This document shows, one piece after another, positions 9,970 to 19,854 of a stretch of DNA of 54,534 nucleotides. Numbering within the stretch: position 1 is the stretch's first letter; each line of letters begins with the position of its first letter. Location: assembly GCA_049273785.1 (NCBI GenBank), contig JBASRJ010000114.1, forward strand, positions 1 through 54,534, in the 5' to 3' direction. Under the pieces are notes generated by a model. The model saw nothing but the letters and a program-made list of their open reading frames with translations, was not told where the DNA came from and ran no database searches. Source of the stretch: Gaiellaceae bacterium (lineage in GTDB: Bacteria; Actinomycetota; Thermoleophilia; Gaiellales; Gaiellaceae). A program made the position numbers and the translations under genes.

Positions 9970-10314
9970 TTAGCCGATCGTCGGCGGGTGAGGGCCGGGC
10001 CCTTGCGGCGCACCGACGTAGATTGCGTCGCCCTCCACCTTCACCTCGTACACGGTGACGGGCTCTTCCGCCGGTGAATCGACGATCTCCCCGGTTCGCA
10101 CGTTGAACCGGCTGAAGTGCCAGGGACACGTGACGATCTCGCCGTCGAGGTCGCCTTCCGAGAGCGGCCCGCCGTCGTGGGTGCATTCGTCGCTGAACGC
10201 GGCGAAGGAGCCGTCGACGTTGGCAACGGCGACCCGTGTCCCGCCGACGTCGACGAGCTTCAACCGCCCCGCCGGGATCTCGCTCGTCTCCGCGACCTTG
10301 ACGAAATCGGCCAC
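9970..10314 (-). CDS. Rieske-type [2Fe-2S] ferredoxin
   Basis: CTHDGGPL (CxH) and CPWHFSRF (CxxH) at the standard spacing; 114 aa. It starts 2 nt after the stop of the upstream P450. Confidence 0.88.
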   Translation of the reverse strand: MADFVKVAETSEIPAGRLKLVDVGGTRVAVANVDGSFAAFSDECTHDGGPLSEGDLDGEIVTCPWHFSRFNVRTGEIVDSPAEEPVTVYEVKVEGDAIYVGAPQGPGPHPPTIG

Positions 10315-10316
10315 AG

Positions 10317-11765
10317 TCAGCTCGACGCGGGCACGCCCGCGGCCTCGGCCCGCTCGGTCATGTCGGTCGTGCTCTCAGACGGCGGCTGCCGCCGCCGCAG
10401 CGTCATCTGCAGGCCGTGCTCGAACCCGAGGGTGATGGCCGGCTTCGGCACGACCTGGTGGCCTGGCACGACCTCCAGCTCGTAGCTCTGCAGAATCCTC
10501 GAGATCACGATCGGCATCTCCATCAATCCGAAGTAGCCGCCGATGCACTGATGGGGCCCACCCGAGAACGGGAACCAGGCGTTCTTCGAGCGACCCTCCG
10601 AGCGCTCCGGCGTGAACCGGTCCGGGTCGAACCCCTCCGGGTTGTCCCAGAAGCCGGCATGGCGGTGGCTGACGTACGAGCTGATCAGCACCTGCGAGCC
10701 GGCCGGAATGTGGAAGCCCCCCACTTCGTCGTCGTTCGTCGGCATGCGCGACATGAGCCACACCGGCGGCTGAATGCGCAGCGACTCGCTGATCACGCGC
10801 GAGAGGTACGTCAAGGGCTTGGTGTTCTCGAAAGTCGGACGTCGGCCGTTTAACCCCTCGTCAATCTCGGCCTGAACGCGTCGCAAGACCTCCGGGTGCC
10901 GCGACAGCAGCCAGAACGTCCACGCGAGGCCGACGGCGACCGTCTCGTGCCCGCCGAACATGAACGTCATCAGGTGACTTCGCACCTGGTAATCGCTCAG
11001 TCCCTTGCCGTTCTCGTCGCGCGCCCTCATCAGCGCCCCGAGCAGGTCGCTGGGCCCCTCGTCCACCTCGTGCCGGCGCGCGATCATCCGCTCCATGATC
11101 TGCTCGAGCGTGCGTCGCGATTCCTTGAAGCGGCGATTCGCCCGAGTCGGCACGTTCTCGGGCAGAACGACCGGCTGGGTGAGCAGCTTGTATGCGTATC
11201 CGATCGTGAACTCGACCGCGTCGGCCATGACGAGCGCTTCCTGTCGCCAGTCAGTAGAGAACATCGCGCCGCCGAGATTGGCCAGCGCGAGATGTACCAT
11301 CTCTCGCGCGACGTCGAACGACTCGCCGCGCTCGGCATAGCCTTCCCAGTGCTCGAGCATCAGGTCGGTCTCGTCCGCGATCAGTACGTCGAAGCTCTGC
11401 AGCAGCTTCGGGTCGAACGACGGCTGCGCGAGCTTGCGCTGCTCCTTCCAGAGGTCGCCCTCGATGCAGATCAGGCCGTCGCCGACGACCATCCGCCACT
11501 TGGCTCGGACGAGCGGCGTCCGCGGATAGTTCTCGGCATTGTCCTTGAGCGCGTGCATCGCGTAGTCCGGATTCGCGAAGAGATAGATCGGGAAGAGCGG
11601 GCCGACGCCGCGGAACTTGACCAGGTCGCCGTAGTCGCGGAACCCGGCCATGAGCGTGCCGATGATGTCGTTCTTGAACCCGAGGGTGTTTCCGAGCACC
11701 GGGTGTCCGCGTGGTCCGGGCGGCGAGGGGCCCGTCAAGGCGGCGGTGGCGGGTTGCGCGCTCAC
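10317..11765 (-). CDS. Cytochrome P450 (paralog 1)
   Basis: Heme loop FPFSGGPHQCIGGYFG, I-helix GGHETV, ExxR (ESLR) and an N-terminal PPGPRGHPVLGN motif. Confidence 0.95.
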   Translation of the reverse strand: MSAQPATAALTGPSPPGPRGHPVLGNTLGFKNDIIGTLMAGFRDYGDLVKFRGVGPLFPIYLFANPDYAMHALKDNAENYPRTPLVRAKWRMVVGDGLICIEGDLWKEQRKLAQPSFDPKLLQSFDVLIADETDLMLEHWEGYAERGESFDVAREMVHLALANLGGAMFSTDWRQEALVMADAVEFTIGYAYKLLTQPVVLPENVPTRANRRFKESRRTLEQIMERMIARRHEVDEGPSDLLGALMRARDENGKGLSDYQVRSHLMTFMFGGHETVAVGLAWTFWLLSRHPEVLRRVQAEIDEGLNGRRPTFENTKPLTYLSRVISESLRIQPPVWLMSRMPTNDDEVGGFHIPAGSQVLISSYVSHRHAGFWDNPEGFDPDRFTPERSEGRSKNAWFPFSGGPHQCIGGYFGLMEMPIVISRILQSYELEVVPGHQVVPKPAITLGFEHGLQMTLRRRQPPSESTTDMTERAEAAGVPASS

Positions 11766-11769
11766 GGCT

Positions 11770-11800
11770 CGATCATGCCATCAGGCCGGAGAAAACTCCA
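11770..11800 (-). promoter_or_regulatory. Bipartite conserved motif (minus-strand TGGAGTTTT-N9-GATGGCATGATCG) 4 nt upstream of the P450-1 start; promoter-like
   Basis: The same 13-nt and 9-nt blocks occur with identical 9-nt spacing at 15944-15974. Read as -35 TGGAGT / 17 nt / -10 CATGAT, the transcription start falls about on the start codon. Confidence 0.4.
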
Positions 11801-11822
11801 TCGGCTTGTCGCCGCGCGCGGG

Positions 11823-12545
11823 ATGCCGTACGGTCCGGCGATGGTCCCGACGGCTCAGCGCATGATCGACGCGTACGGCGGCGAGGAGCGCTGGCGCGCG
11901 GCAACGGCGGTCGAGGCGCACCTGACGATCGGCGGGTTGCTCTTTCGCTGGAAGCGGCGCAGCGAGGGGCGCTGGCCAAGCGTCCAGATCCGGGTCGAGG
12001 CCCACGAGCCGAAGACCAGGTTCGACCCGATCGACCGCAAGGGAAACGTGGCCGTGATGAACGGTCACGCCATCCGGATCGAGCGGCCCGACGGCACACT
12101 CGTCGAGGAACGGCCGTCTGCGCGCCCGAAGCCGTACGGCCGCAATCTGCTCGCGTGGGACACGATCGACATCGGCTACTTCTTCGGCTACACGATGTGG
12201 AACTACCTCGCGTTGCCCGCGCTGCTGCTGCGCGAGGACATCGAGTGGAAAGAGACGTCGGAGAACAACCTCGAAGCCCGCTTTCCGCCGGAGCTCCCGA
12301 CGCATTCGCCGGTGCAGGCCTTTCACGCCGATCCCGACACCGGCCGGCTGCGCCAGCACGACTACACCGCGGAGCCGTTCGGCGGCTGGGCGAAGGCGGC
12401 GCACGTGATCCGCGAGCATCGCCAGTACGGCGACCTGACCTCGCCCAGCAAGCGACGCGTGAAACCTCGTGACCCGATCACCGGCGGCCCGCTTCCGTTT
12501 CCCCTGCTGATCTGGGCCGACGTCCACGAGTACCGGCTCGTCTGA
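11823..12545 (+). CDS. Hypothetical protein of unknown function embedded in the cluster
   Basis: Coding-like GC3 and no recognised motif. The start is uncertain (in-frame ATGs at 11775, 11823 and 11841). The 11775 ATG lies inside the conserved P450 upstream motif, so it is disfavoured. Confidence 0.55.
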   Translation: MPYGPAMVPTAQRMIDAYGGEERWRAATAVEAHLTIGGLLFRWKRRSEGRWPSVQIRVEAHEPKTRFDPIDRKGNVAVMNGHAIRIERPDGTLVEERPSARPKPYGRNLLAWDTIDIGYFFGYTMWNYLALPALLLREDIEWKETSENNLEARFPPELPTHSPVQAFHADPDTGRLRQHDYTAEPFGGWAKAAHVIREHRQYGDLTSPSKRRVKPRDPITGGPLPFPLLIWADVHEYRLV

Positions 12546-12561
12546 GCCGCGCGAGCCGGGT

Positions 12562-13944
12562 TTACGCGACCGCCTTCCGATCCTTCCGCGGCGTGATCGT
12601 CATCGGCATCCCGTAGCGCGGCCGCAGCGTCACCATCGGCATCGGCTCGACCCGGTGTCCGGGCACGAGGTCCAGCTGGAAGCGCTGCACGATCATCGCG
12701 ACGATGATCGTCATCTCGAGCATCGCAAACTCGTGGCCGAGGCACTTTCGGGGACCGCCACCGAACGGGAAGTACTGGAACCGATGCCAGCTCCCGGTGT
12801 TCTCCGGCGCGACGCGGTCCGGGTCGAACGCTTCCGGGTTGTCGTAGAAGTCTGTGTGGCGGTGCGTCACGTATGGACAGAGGAAGAGCATCGTCCTCGT
12901 TCCCGCCTTGAGCCGATACCCGTCGATCTCGTCGTCCTCGGCCGGCGTGCGCGGCACGAGCCAGATCGGCGGATACATCCGCAGCGCCTCTTGCAGCACC
13001 TGCCAGATGTACTGCATCTCCTTGATGTCGGCGAGCGTCGGCGGCCTGTCGCCGATCGTCTCGTCCACCTCGTCGCGGACCCTCTGGGCGCACGTCGGAT
13101 CCCTCGAGAGCAGGTACCACGTCCACGTGAGGCAGACGGACACGGTCTCGTGCCCAGCGAAGATCAACGAGATCAGCTCGTCGTGGATCTCCAGGTCGCT
13201 CATGCCCTTGCCGTCGTCGTCGCGGGCATCCATCAGCAGCGAGAGCAGATCGTTCTTCGACTCTGCCCTGCGGCGGTCGGCGATCAGGCCGTAGACGAGG
13301 TCGTCGACCGTCTTCCGGGTCTCGTTGAACTTCCGCACGGAAGGAAGCGGCGCCCACTCGGGCGGGTCGATCGGCGTGAGGAGGCGTTTGTTCGTGTACT
13401 CGTTCGCGATCGTGACGGACGTGATGATCTTCTCGGCTTCCCCCGCCCAGTCCGAGCTGAAGACGGCGTTCGTCAGGATCTGAAGCGTCAACCGCTGCAT
13501 CGCGACACGCATGTCGAGCGTGCGGTTCTGGTCGTCGAGCCGCTCCCACTGCTCGAGAGTCGCCGCAGTTGAGTCGGCCATCATCTTGGCGAAGCTGTCG
13601 ACCCGGTCGCGATGGAAAGCGGGCTGCATCATCTTCCGCTGGCGTGCCCAGAAGTCACCCTGGCTGGTGACGAGGCCTCGGCGGAACGTCGGTTCCAGCT
13701 TGTTGATCTCGAAGTCGGGATGGTGGTAGTTGGCGGCGTTGTCGCGGAGGATGTACTGCACGTGGTCCGGGTGCGTGATCGCAATCACCGACAGAGGGCC
13801 TCGATACTGGACAACGTCGCCGTATTCGCGCCAACCATCCATCAGCGCCTGAATCACGCTGCGCCGGAATTCCGGCAGGCTGCCGATGACGGGCTTCCCC
13901 TTTGGACCGGGGATCGGCCGGCCGGCCGTGGCTGTCGCGCTCAT
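12562..13944 (-). CDS. Cytochrome P450 (paralog 2)
   Basis: [30 protein letters not shown] and an N-terminal IPGPKGKPVIGS. It has an ATGA overlap with the upstream SnoaL-like gene. Confidence 0.95.
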   Translation of the reverse strand: MSATATAGRPIPGPKGKPVIGSLPEFRRSVIQALMDGWREYGDVVQYRGPLSVIAITHPDHVQYILRDNAANYHHPDFEINKLEPTFRRGLVTSQGDFWARQRKMMQPAFHRDRVDSFAKMMADSTAATLEQWERLDDQNRTLDMRVAMQRLTLQILTNAVFSSDWAGEAEKIITSVTIANEYTNKRLLTPIDPPEWAPLPSVRKFNETRKTVDDLVYGLIADRRRAESKNDLLSLLMDARDDDGKGMSDLEIHDELISLIFAGHETVSVCLTWTWYLLSRDPTCAQRVRDEVDETIGDRPPTLADIKEMQYIWQVLQEALRMYPPIWLVPRTPAEDDEIDGYRLKAGTRTMLFLCPYVTHRHTDFYDNPEAFDPDRVAPENTGSWHRFQYFPFGGGPRKCLGHEFAMLEMTIIVAMIVQRFQLDLVPGHRVEPMPMVTLRPRYGMPMTITPRKDRKAVA

Positions 13945-14504
13945 GCCGCTGCTGCTCGCTTCTTCTTCTTGCCCCCTGTGATGCCGTGGCGCGCCTCGAG
14001 GTACGCGAACCGGAACAGGCTGCCGATCACGAAGGCCGCTCGCCCGGCCGAGCTGATGCCCTCCGGGGGCACGACGCCCATCTGACGAACGGCGCCGAGC
14101 TCGTCGAGATGCATCGAGAACATGGAGACGCGGCCGCCCTCGAGCCGCATCATGTCGATGCCGCTGATGCGGACGGCCCGGCGAGTCGGGGGCAGTCCCC
14201 GGTACGAACCAAGGTGCGTCTGCTGCGTCGAGTGCCAGCTCACCGCCACCAGGTCGTCCTCGCCGATGATCTCGTCGATCTCGAGGTGGAGATCCGGGAA
14301 GCCTTCCCGCAAGCCGCCGACGATCTTCTTCAGCGCCTGCGGTCCGTCCCCGGGATCTGCGAAGGGGACATGCACGTCGGTGTCGGGCGTGAGCAGCTCG
14401 TCTGCGACTTCGAGTTTCCCCTGGTTGATGATCTCGTCGAAGATCCGCCGAATGACCGCCTTGTTCTGATCGACCGTCGTCCTGTTCTCGTCCACTACAG
14501 TCAT
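13941..14504 (-). CDS. SnoaL/ester-cyclase-like NTF2-fold protein with a C-terminal hydrophobic and basic tail
   Basis: NKAVIRRIFDEIINQGKLEVADELLTPD...FPDLHLEIDEII is typical of predicted ester cyclases. The tail is AAFVIGSLFRFAYLEARHGITGGKKKKRAAAA. Confidence 0.8.
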   Translation of the reverse strand: MTVVDENRTTVDQNKAVIRRIFDEIINQGKLEVADELLTPDTDVHVPFADPGDGPQALKKIVGGLREGFPDLHLEIDEIIGEDDLVAVSWHSTQQTHLGSYRGLPPTRRAVRISGIDMMRLEGGRVSMFSMHLDELGAVRQMGVVPPEGISSAGRAAFVIGSLFRFAYLEARHGITGGKKKKRAAAA

Positions 14505-14526
14505 TCGCTTCCCTCCTGCTCCGTTG

Positions 14527-15936
14527 TCACGCAGTCAAAGGCGCCGTCGCCGGTTCGGACGGCGTGGGTGCGCGCTTGGACGCCACCGGGTTCAGCTTCA
14601 CCAGCACACCGTCACGTTGCCGTAGCGACAGCCCCGGCTCCATCACGACCTGATGGCCGGGCACGAGCTCGAGCTCGTATGCCTGCGCCACTGTTGCGAC
14701 GACGAGCTGCATCTCGGTGATCGCGAAGTTGTTGCCGATGCACTTCCGCGGTCCGCCGCCGAACGGGAAGTACTGGAACCGGTGCCAGTCCTTCGTCCTC
14801 TCGGGCTCGAACCGGTCCGGCGCGAACCCTTCGGGGTTCTCGTAGAAATCCGGGTGGCGCTGGACGATGTACGGGCTCATGTAGATGTTCTTGCCCGCGC
14901 GGATCCGATAGCCGCCGATCACGTCGTCCTCGATCGCGGTCCGCAGGTACATCCAGATCGGCGGGTAGAGACGCAGCGATTCCTGGACGACACGCCAGAG
15001 GTACGGCAGGTTCGGCAGATCGGCAACCGTCGGCGTTCGGCCGCCCAGCACGCCGGCGAGCTCCGCGCGAAGGCGCCTGGCGACGCTCGGGAACGCTCCG
15101 AGGAGGTACCACGTCCAGCCGAGCGAGGTCGCGGTCGTCTCGTGTCCGGCGATGAACATCGTCCGCACCTCGTCGCGTACCTGCTCGTCGCTCATGTGCT
15201 CGCCCGTCTCCTCGTCGCGCGCGGCGAGGAACATCGACAGCAGATCCTCCTTCGGCTCGCGCCGCCGCTCGGCGATGATCTCGTAGATCAAACCGTCGAA
15301 CTCGTCGCGGGCCGCGATGTATCGGCGGTGCGCGGGCAATGGAATTCTCTCGGGCGGATCGATCGGCGAGAACAACCGGTTGCTCGCATGTGTCAGCAAG
15401 GTCGCGACGGAAGACCTGATCAGATCGGTCTTCTGCCAGATGTCGGCGCTGAACATCGCCTTCGAGAGGATCGTGATCGTCAGTCGCATCATCTCGTCGC
15501 GCACTTCGATCGGCGCGCCGCGTTCGGCCGAGCGGTCCCACTCGGTGAGCATCTCCTCCGTCGTCTCGGTCATGATCCGCCCGAACTCGGCGATCCGGTC
15601 CTGGTGGAACGACGGATCTGCGAGCCGTCGCTGGCGCGCCCAGAAGTCGCCCTTGCTCGTGACGAGGCCGTTCCCGACGATCTTCGCCCAGCGCGCGTCG
15701 AGGAACGGCGCGTGCGGGTAATTGCTCTCGTTGTCTCGCAGGATGTGCTTGATGTAGTCGGGATGCGCGACCAGGTAACTGGCCCCTGCGACGTTGAACT
15801 CGACGAGGTCGCCGTACGTGCGCCAGCCCTCGATCAGCGCCAGGCGAATGTCCCGGCGAAAGTCGAAGATGCTGCCCACCACCGGCTTCCCACGAGGACC
15901 CGGCGGCGGGCGCACTGTCGTCGGAGCGGCGCTCAT
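14527..15936 (-). CDS. Cytochrome P450 (paralog 3)
   Basis: [30 protein letters not shown] and an N-terminal [12 protein letters not shown]. Confidence 0.95.
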   Translation of the reverse strand: MSAAPTTVRPPPGPRGKPVVGSIFDFRRDIRLALIEGWRTYGDLVEFNVAGASYLVAHPDYIKHILRDNESNYPHAPFLDARWAKIVGNGLVTSKGDFWARQRRLADPSFHQDRIAEFGRIMTETTEEMLTEWDRSAERGAPIEVRDEMMRLTITILSKAMFSADIWQKTDLIRSSVATLLTHASNRLFSPIDPPERIPLPAHRRYIAARDEFDGLIYEIIAERRREPKEDLLSMFLAARDEETGEHMSDEQVRDEVRTMFIAGHETTATSLGWTWYLLGAFPSVARRLRAELAGVLGGRTPTVADLPNLPYLWRVVQESLRLYPPIWMYLRTAIEDDVIGGYRIRAGKNIYMSPYIVQRHPDFYENPEGFAPDRFEPERTKDWHRFQYFPFGGGPRKCIGNNFAITEMQLVVATVAQAYELELVPGHQVVMEPGLSLRQRDGVLVKLNPVASKRAPTPSEPATAPLTA

Positions 15937-15943
15937 CCCCGAG

Positions 15944-15974
15944 CGATCATGCCATCCCCAGCCTCAAAACTCCA
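15944..15974 (-). promoter_or_regulatory. Second copy of the bipartite motif (TGGAGTTTT-N9-GATGGCATGATCG), 7 nt upstream of the P450-3 start
   Basis: The blocks and spacing are identical to 11770-11800, and it sits in the divergent intergenic region with the FAD monooxygenase gene. Confidence 0.4.
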
Positions 15975-16050
15975 CACCGCTCCGCGGGCCGGGCAAAGCC
16001 CGAGGACGGCTTGACTCGATGCCGGTCGCGTAGGAGAGTCACGGGAAATC

Positions 16051-17205
16051 ATGGCCGACACACGGAAAGCGATCATCATCGGCGCCGGAATCGGCGGGCT
16101 CACCGCAGCGCTCGCCCTGCGCCGCGCCGGAATCGATGCCGAGGTCTTCGAGCAGGCTGCGCGGCTCCAGGACGTCCAGGCCGGCGGCGGACTGCTCGTA
16201 TGGAACAACGGCATGCGCGCGCTCCGGGAGATCGACTTGCACAATCAGGCGCAGTCGGCGGCGGCGGTGCTCGACGTGACGGATTTCAACTCCTATCGCG
16301 GCAAGCTGCTCGCGCGCTGGCCGATCGAGCAGGTCGAAAAGAACCTCGGCGTCCCGACCGTAGGCGTCGTTCGCGGTGATCTCCACAAAGTCCTCGCCGA
16401 GGCGCTCGGCGACGGCGCGATCCACGTTGGGGCGCACTACGAGAGCTATAAGGCCGACGGCGACGGCGTCACCGTCCGATTCTCCGACGGCCGCGAGGAG
16501 CGCGGAGACATGCTCATCGGGGCCGACGGTGTCAGATCGAACGTGCGTGACCACCTGCTCGGCCAGCGCAGCCTGCGCCCACCGGGCTACTGGGGAATTC
16601 AGGCGGTCGTCCACTTCGAGCACCCACTCGCACGGCGGGGAACGTTCGCGACGTACTGGGGCCCCGGCTCGCGGTTCGCTTACCACCATGTCGGAGGCGG
16701 GAGGCTCTACTGGTTCGCCGTCGAGGACGGCGACGGAAACGAGTCACCGGCCGAGCGAATCCAGATCGTCCGCGAGCGGCTGAAATCGTGGCCCGAGCCC
16801 GTGCCCTCGATCATCAGCGCGACCGACGACGCCGAAATCGCCGTGATGGACATCGTCGACGCAAATCCCGTGAAGCGATGGGGAACCGGACCCGCGACGC
16901 TGCTCGGCGACGCGGCGCATCCGATCCTTCCGAACCTCGGGCAGGGCACGTCGCAGGCGCTCGAAGACGCGGTCGTGCTCGCGCGCGCGCTGCGCGAGAA
17001 CCCCGACACCGTTGCCGCGCTCCGAGCCTACGAGGATCAGCGTTCACCGCGCACCGCTGGCCTCGTCAAGTTCTCGCGCAACCTCGGGCGCCTCGGTCGC
17101 CTGAAGACGCGTCCGGCAGTCGCCTTCCGGGAGCGGTTCATGAAGGTGGGCCTCGGCCGCTTCGGCTGGAAACAGGCCGTCGCCCTGACGTCGTTCGAGT
17201 TCTGA
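16051..17205 (+). CDS. FAD-dependent aromatic-ring/epoxidase-type monooxygenase (paralog 1)
   Basis: IIIGAGIGGLTAALAL (GxGxxG), ADGVRSNVR and LLGDAAHPILPNLGQGTSQALEDA. Confidence 0.9.
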   Translation: MADTRKAIIIGAGIGGLTAALALRRAGIDAEVFEQAARLQDVQAGGGLLVWNNGMRALREIDLHNQAQSAAAVLDVTDFNSYRGKLLARWPIEQVEKNLGVPTVGVVRGDLHKVLAEALGDGAIHVGAHYESYKADGDGVTVRFSDGREERGDMLIGADGVRSNVRDHLLGQRSLRPPGYWGIQAVVHFEHPLARRGTFATYWGPGSRFAYHHVGGGRLYWFAVEDGDGNESPAERIQIVRERLKSWPEPVPSIISATDDAEIAVMDIVDANPVKRWGTGPATLLGDAAHPILPNLGQGTSQALEDAVVLARALRENPDTVAALRAYEDQRSPRTAGLVKFSRNLGRLGRLKTRPAVAFRERFMKVGLGRFGWKQAVALTSFEF

Positions 17206-17220
17206 GCCGGCGGCCGGCCG

Positions 17221-19353
17221 TTACGGAGCTTCGCTGAGCCCGAGGCGCTCGTGCAGTCGCCGGAGCGGAGCGGGCGCCCACCAGTTGCGTGAGCCGAGCA
17301 GGGCCATCAGCGACGGGACGAGGAACGCGCGCACGATCGTGGCGTCAATCAGAACTGCAAGCGCCATCCCGACGCCGAGCATCTTGATGAAAACGACTCC
17401 TGACGTCGCGAATGCGCCCACCGCGATCGCGAAGAGCAGCGCCGCGGCCGTCACGATCCGCCCAGTGCGCTCGAGGCCAATCGCGACGGATTCGCGCTCC
17501 GACGCGCCCTGGTCGCGGGCCTCCTTGATCCGCGTCAGCAAGAAGACGCCGTAGTCCGTCGAGAGGCCGAAGACGACGGCCGCGAGTAACACCGGTTGCG
17601 TCATTTCGAGCGCCCCCTGGCTCGTGTACTTGAGGAAACCCTCGAGCCGGCCGTCCTGGAAGATGAACACGAGGATTCCAAAGGTCGAGGTGAGCGTCAC
17701 CGCGTTCATGACCAGCGTCTTGAACGGCAGCACGACGGAACCGGTCATCGCGAAGAGGATGAGCAGCGTCGCCGCCGCGAGGATCGGTAGCCCGATCGCC
17801 AGATGCGAGCCGATACTGTGGCCCTGGTCGACGAAGAGCGCGGTCTGTCCGCCGACGTACGTGGAGAACGGTGGATCGAGACGGCGGATCGACTTCACGA
17901 TGCTCTGGCTCTGATCGGACAGTGCCTTGGTCTTGGAGATGACGTCGATCCTCCAGAGCCCGTCCTTGACGTTCACAGACGGCGTGACCTGGCCTACTCC
18001 CGGCAGGCTGCGCAGGCCCGAGGCGAAGCCGGTGAGCTCGCTGCGAGCCGAGGCAGGCGCTCGCGCGGCAATGAAGATCGGCGACGTACGGTTGACCGGG
18101 AAGTTGTTCTTGATCGCCTCTTCAACCTTGCGCGCGCTCTGACTCTTGGGCAGCACGCTCGAGTCGATGCCTGTGAACTTGATGCCGACGGCGGGCAGGC
18201 CGAGGAGGACGAGGAGCGCGATCGTCGCGCCCGCAACGGTCACGGGCCGCCGCATCACGGCATGCGAGAGCCGATACCAGGCGCCGGTGGGCCGCTCATC
18301 CGGCTTGAGCTCGAGGGAACGGCGCCAGCGTGCGGGCGCGAGTGCGTTCACGCGCGGTCCGAGCGCCACCAGCAGTGCGGGCAGCGCGAGCAGAGCGGTG
18401 AGCGCAGCCATCACGGCAACGAAGATCCCGCCAACCCCCATCGAGTACAGGAACGGCTGCGGGAAGACGAGCAGAGAGGCAAGCGCGGCTGCCACCGTCA
18501 CCGTGCTGAAAAGGACGGTTCTGCCGGCAGTTGCGAGCGTCCGCGCGATCGCCTCTTGCCGCGAACCGAGCGCCGCCAGCTCGTCCCGGTAGCGCGAGAC
18601 GATGAAGAGGCTGTAGTCGATTGCGAGCCCGAGCCCGAGCCCGGTGACGAGGTTGAGGGCGTAGATCGAGAGCTCGACGAAGTGGTTCACGATCCGAAGC
18701 GCGAGGAACGTGCCGGTGACGAGGATTGCGCCGCAGAACAGCGGCATCAACGCCGCCACGCCGCCGCGGAAGATGAACAGCGCGAGCAGGAGGATCAACG
18801 GGAACGCAAAGAGCTCGGCGCGCGCGAGATCGTTTCGGACCACCGTTCCGGCCTCGTAATTGGCCATCAGCGGCCCGCCGAGGACAACGTCAGGCTGGCC
18901 GGAGAAGCGCTTCACGAGCCGTTTGGCGACCGTCTTCTCCTGTTTTGGCGACAGCGGCACGAGGGAGACGACGAGATAGCTCTCCCGACCGTCGTTCGAG
19001 ACGAAGGCTTTGCTGCCGGTGTTGAAGGCAGTCAAGACCCGACGGACTGCGGGATCTTGTCGGAGCGTCATCGCGACCTGCTCGATTCGGCTCCGGCCCG
19101 CCGAGGTCGAGGCACCTTCCTTCGGCTGCACGAGCACGGTCAAGGTGAACTCGGGGTTGGCGCCCGTCGCGTGCGCCAGCAGGTTGCGCGCCTTCACGCT
19201 CTCCGTGGCCGGGTCGTCGAAGCTGTTGCTCCCGGACGTGAGAACCGTGGCGACGGGACCGCCGAGCCCTGCGGCAACGACGAAGAACACGCCCGTGCCG
19301 ACCAGGACGAGGCGCGCGCGCCGGTACACGAGGTCGCCGAGGAAGCTGAACAT
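17221..19353 (-). CDS. MMPL family (RND superfamily) membrane transporter
   Basis: 710 aa with two blocks of about 6 TM helices separated by soluble loops. Typical MMPL segments include LGLGLAIDYSLFIVSRYRDE and FGLSTDYGVFLLTRIKE. Confidence 0.9.
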   Translation of the reverse strand: MFSFLGDLVYRRARLVLVGTGVFFVVAAGLGGPVATVLTSGSNSFDDPATESVKARNLLAHATGANPEFTLTVLVQPKEGASTSAGRSRIEQVAMTLRQDPAVRRVLTAFNTGSKAFVSNDGRESYLVVSLVPLSPKQEKTVAKRLVKRFSGQPDVVLGGPLMANYEAGTVVRNDLARAELFAFPLILLLALFIFRGGVAALMPLFCGAILVTGTFLALRIVNHFVELSIYALNLVTGLGLGLAIDYSLFIVSRYRDELAALGSRQEAIARTLATAGRTVLFSTVTVAAALASLLVFPQPFLYSMGVGGIFVAVMAALTALLALPALLVALGPRVNALAPARWRRSLELKPDERPTGAWYRLSHAVMRRPVTVAGATIALLVLLGLPAVGIKFTGIDSSVLPKSQSARKVEEAIKNNFPVNRTSPIFIAARAPASARSELTGFASGLRSLPGVGQVTPSVNVKDGLWRIDVISKTKALSDQSQSIVKSIRRLDPPFSTYVGGQTALFVDQGHSIGSHLAIGLPILAAATLLILFAMTGSVVLPFKTLVMNAVTLTSTFGILVFIFQDGRLEGFLKYTSQGALEMTQPVLLAAVVFGLSTDYGVFLLTRIKEARDQGASERESVAIGLERTGRIVTAAALLFAIAVGAFATSGVVFIKMLGVGMALAVLIDATIVRAFLVPSLMALLGSRNWWAPAPLRRLHERLGLSEAP

Positions 19354-19376
19354 CTAGAACCGTCCGAGGAAGGGCA

Positions 19377-19853
19377 CTAGCCGGTCGTTACCAGCTCGGA
19401 GTCCGTGATCGGGGGCGCCGCTGCCTCCTCGAACCCGTGCTCCGCGAGCGACTGCAGCTTTGACGCCTTCTTCTGCGTGTCGAGATACACCCGGATGCCG
19501 GTTGCCTTGGCCTTCTCGATGATGAGGATGTGGATGCCCTGGTTGTCGTAGGGCTGACCGTCAGGCATCGTGGCCTTCGCCTCCCACTCGACGACGACCG
19601 TCGTCCTCAAGGGACTGCCCTTCATGAGGACGTTCTTCAACGTGAACTTGATGTCCGGGAAGAAACGGAAGAACCGTTGGTACCAGAGGGCGACCGCATC
19701 GAGGTCGTGAAGCGTGGTTCCGAGCGCATGCTTGCCCGGATACTCGAAGAGGAGGTTCTGGGCCTCCGAGCTGACCAGGGCCTCCCAGTCGCCGGCGCTG
19801 AAGCGCTCGAAGATCCAGCGCGCCTTCCCGTGGACGAAGCGACGATAGAGCAC
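19377..19853 (-). CDS. NTF2/SnoaL-like protein (tandem paralog A)
   Basis: 158 aa. It shares YPGKHALG, RFFRFFP and VYLDTQ with the adjacent gene. Confidence 0.7.
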   Translation of the reverse strand: MLYRRFVHGKARWIFERFSAGDWEALVSSEAQNLLFEYPGKHALGTTLHDLDAVALWYQRFFRFFPDIKFTLKNVLMKGSPLRTTVVVEWEAKATMPDGQPYDNQGIHILIIEKAKATGIRVYLDTQKKASKLQSLAEHGFEEAAAPPITDSELVTTG

Positions 19854-19854
19854 G

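Noticed and set aside
8269-10077. 602-aa plus-strand ORF antisense to the CocE/NonD hydrolase
   Set aside because: The composition is that of a shadow ORF, and the minus strand has the hydrolase motifs.
11775-11777. ATG that would extend the hypothetical plus-strand gene to within 10 nt of the P450-1 start
   Set aside because: The same ATG-containing 13-mer (CGATCATGCCATC) recurs upstream of P450-3, where no plus-strand gene follows. It is therefore more likely part of a regulatory motif than a start codon.
17803-19380. 525-aa plus-strand ORF antisense to the MMPL gene
   Set aside because: The translation is charged and low-complexity (RR/EE/DD runs), while the minus strand encodes a coherent 12-TM transporter.
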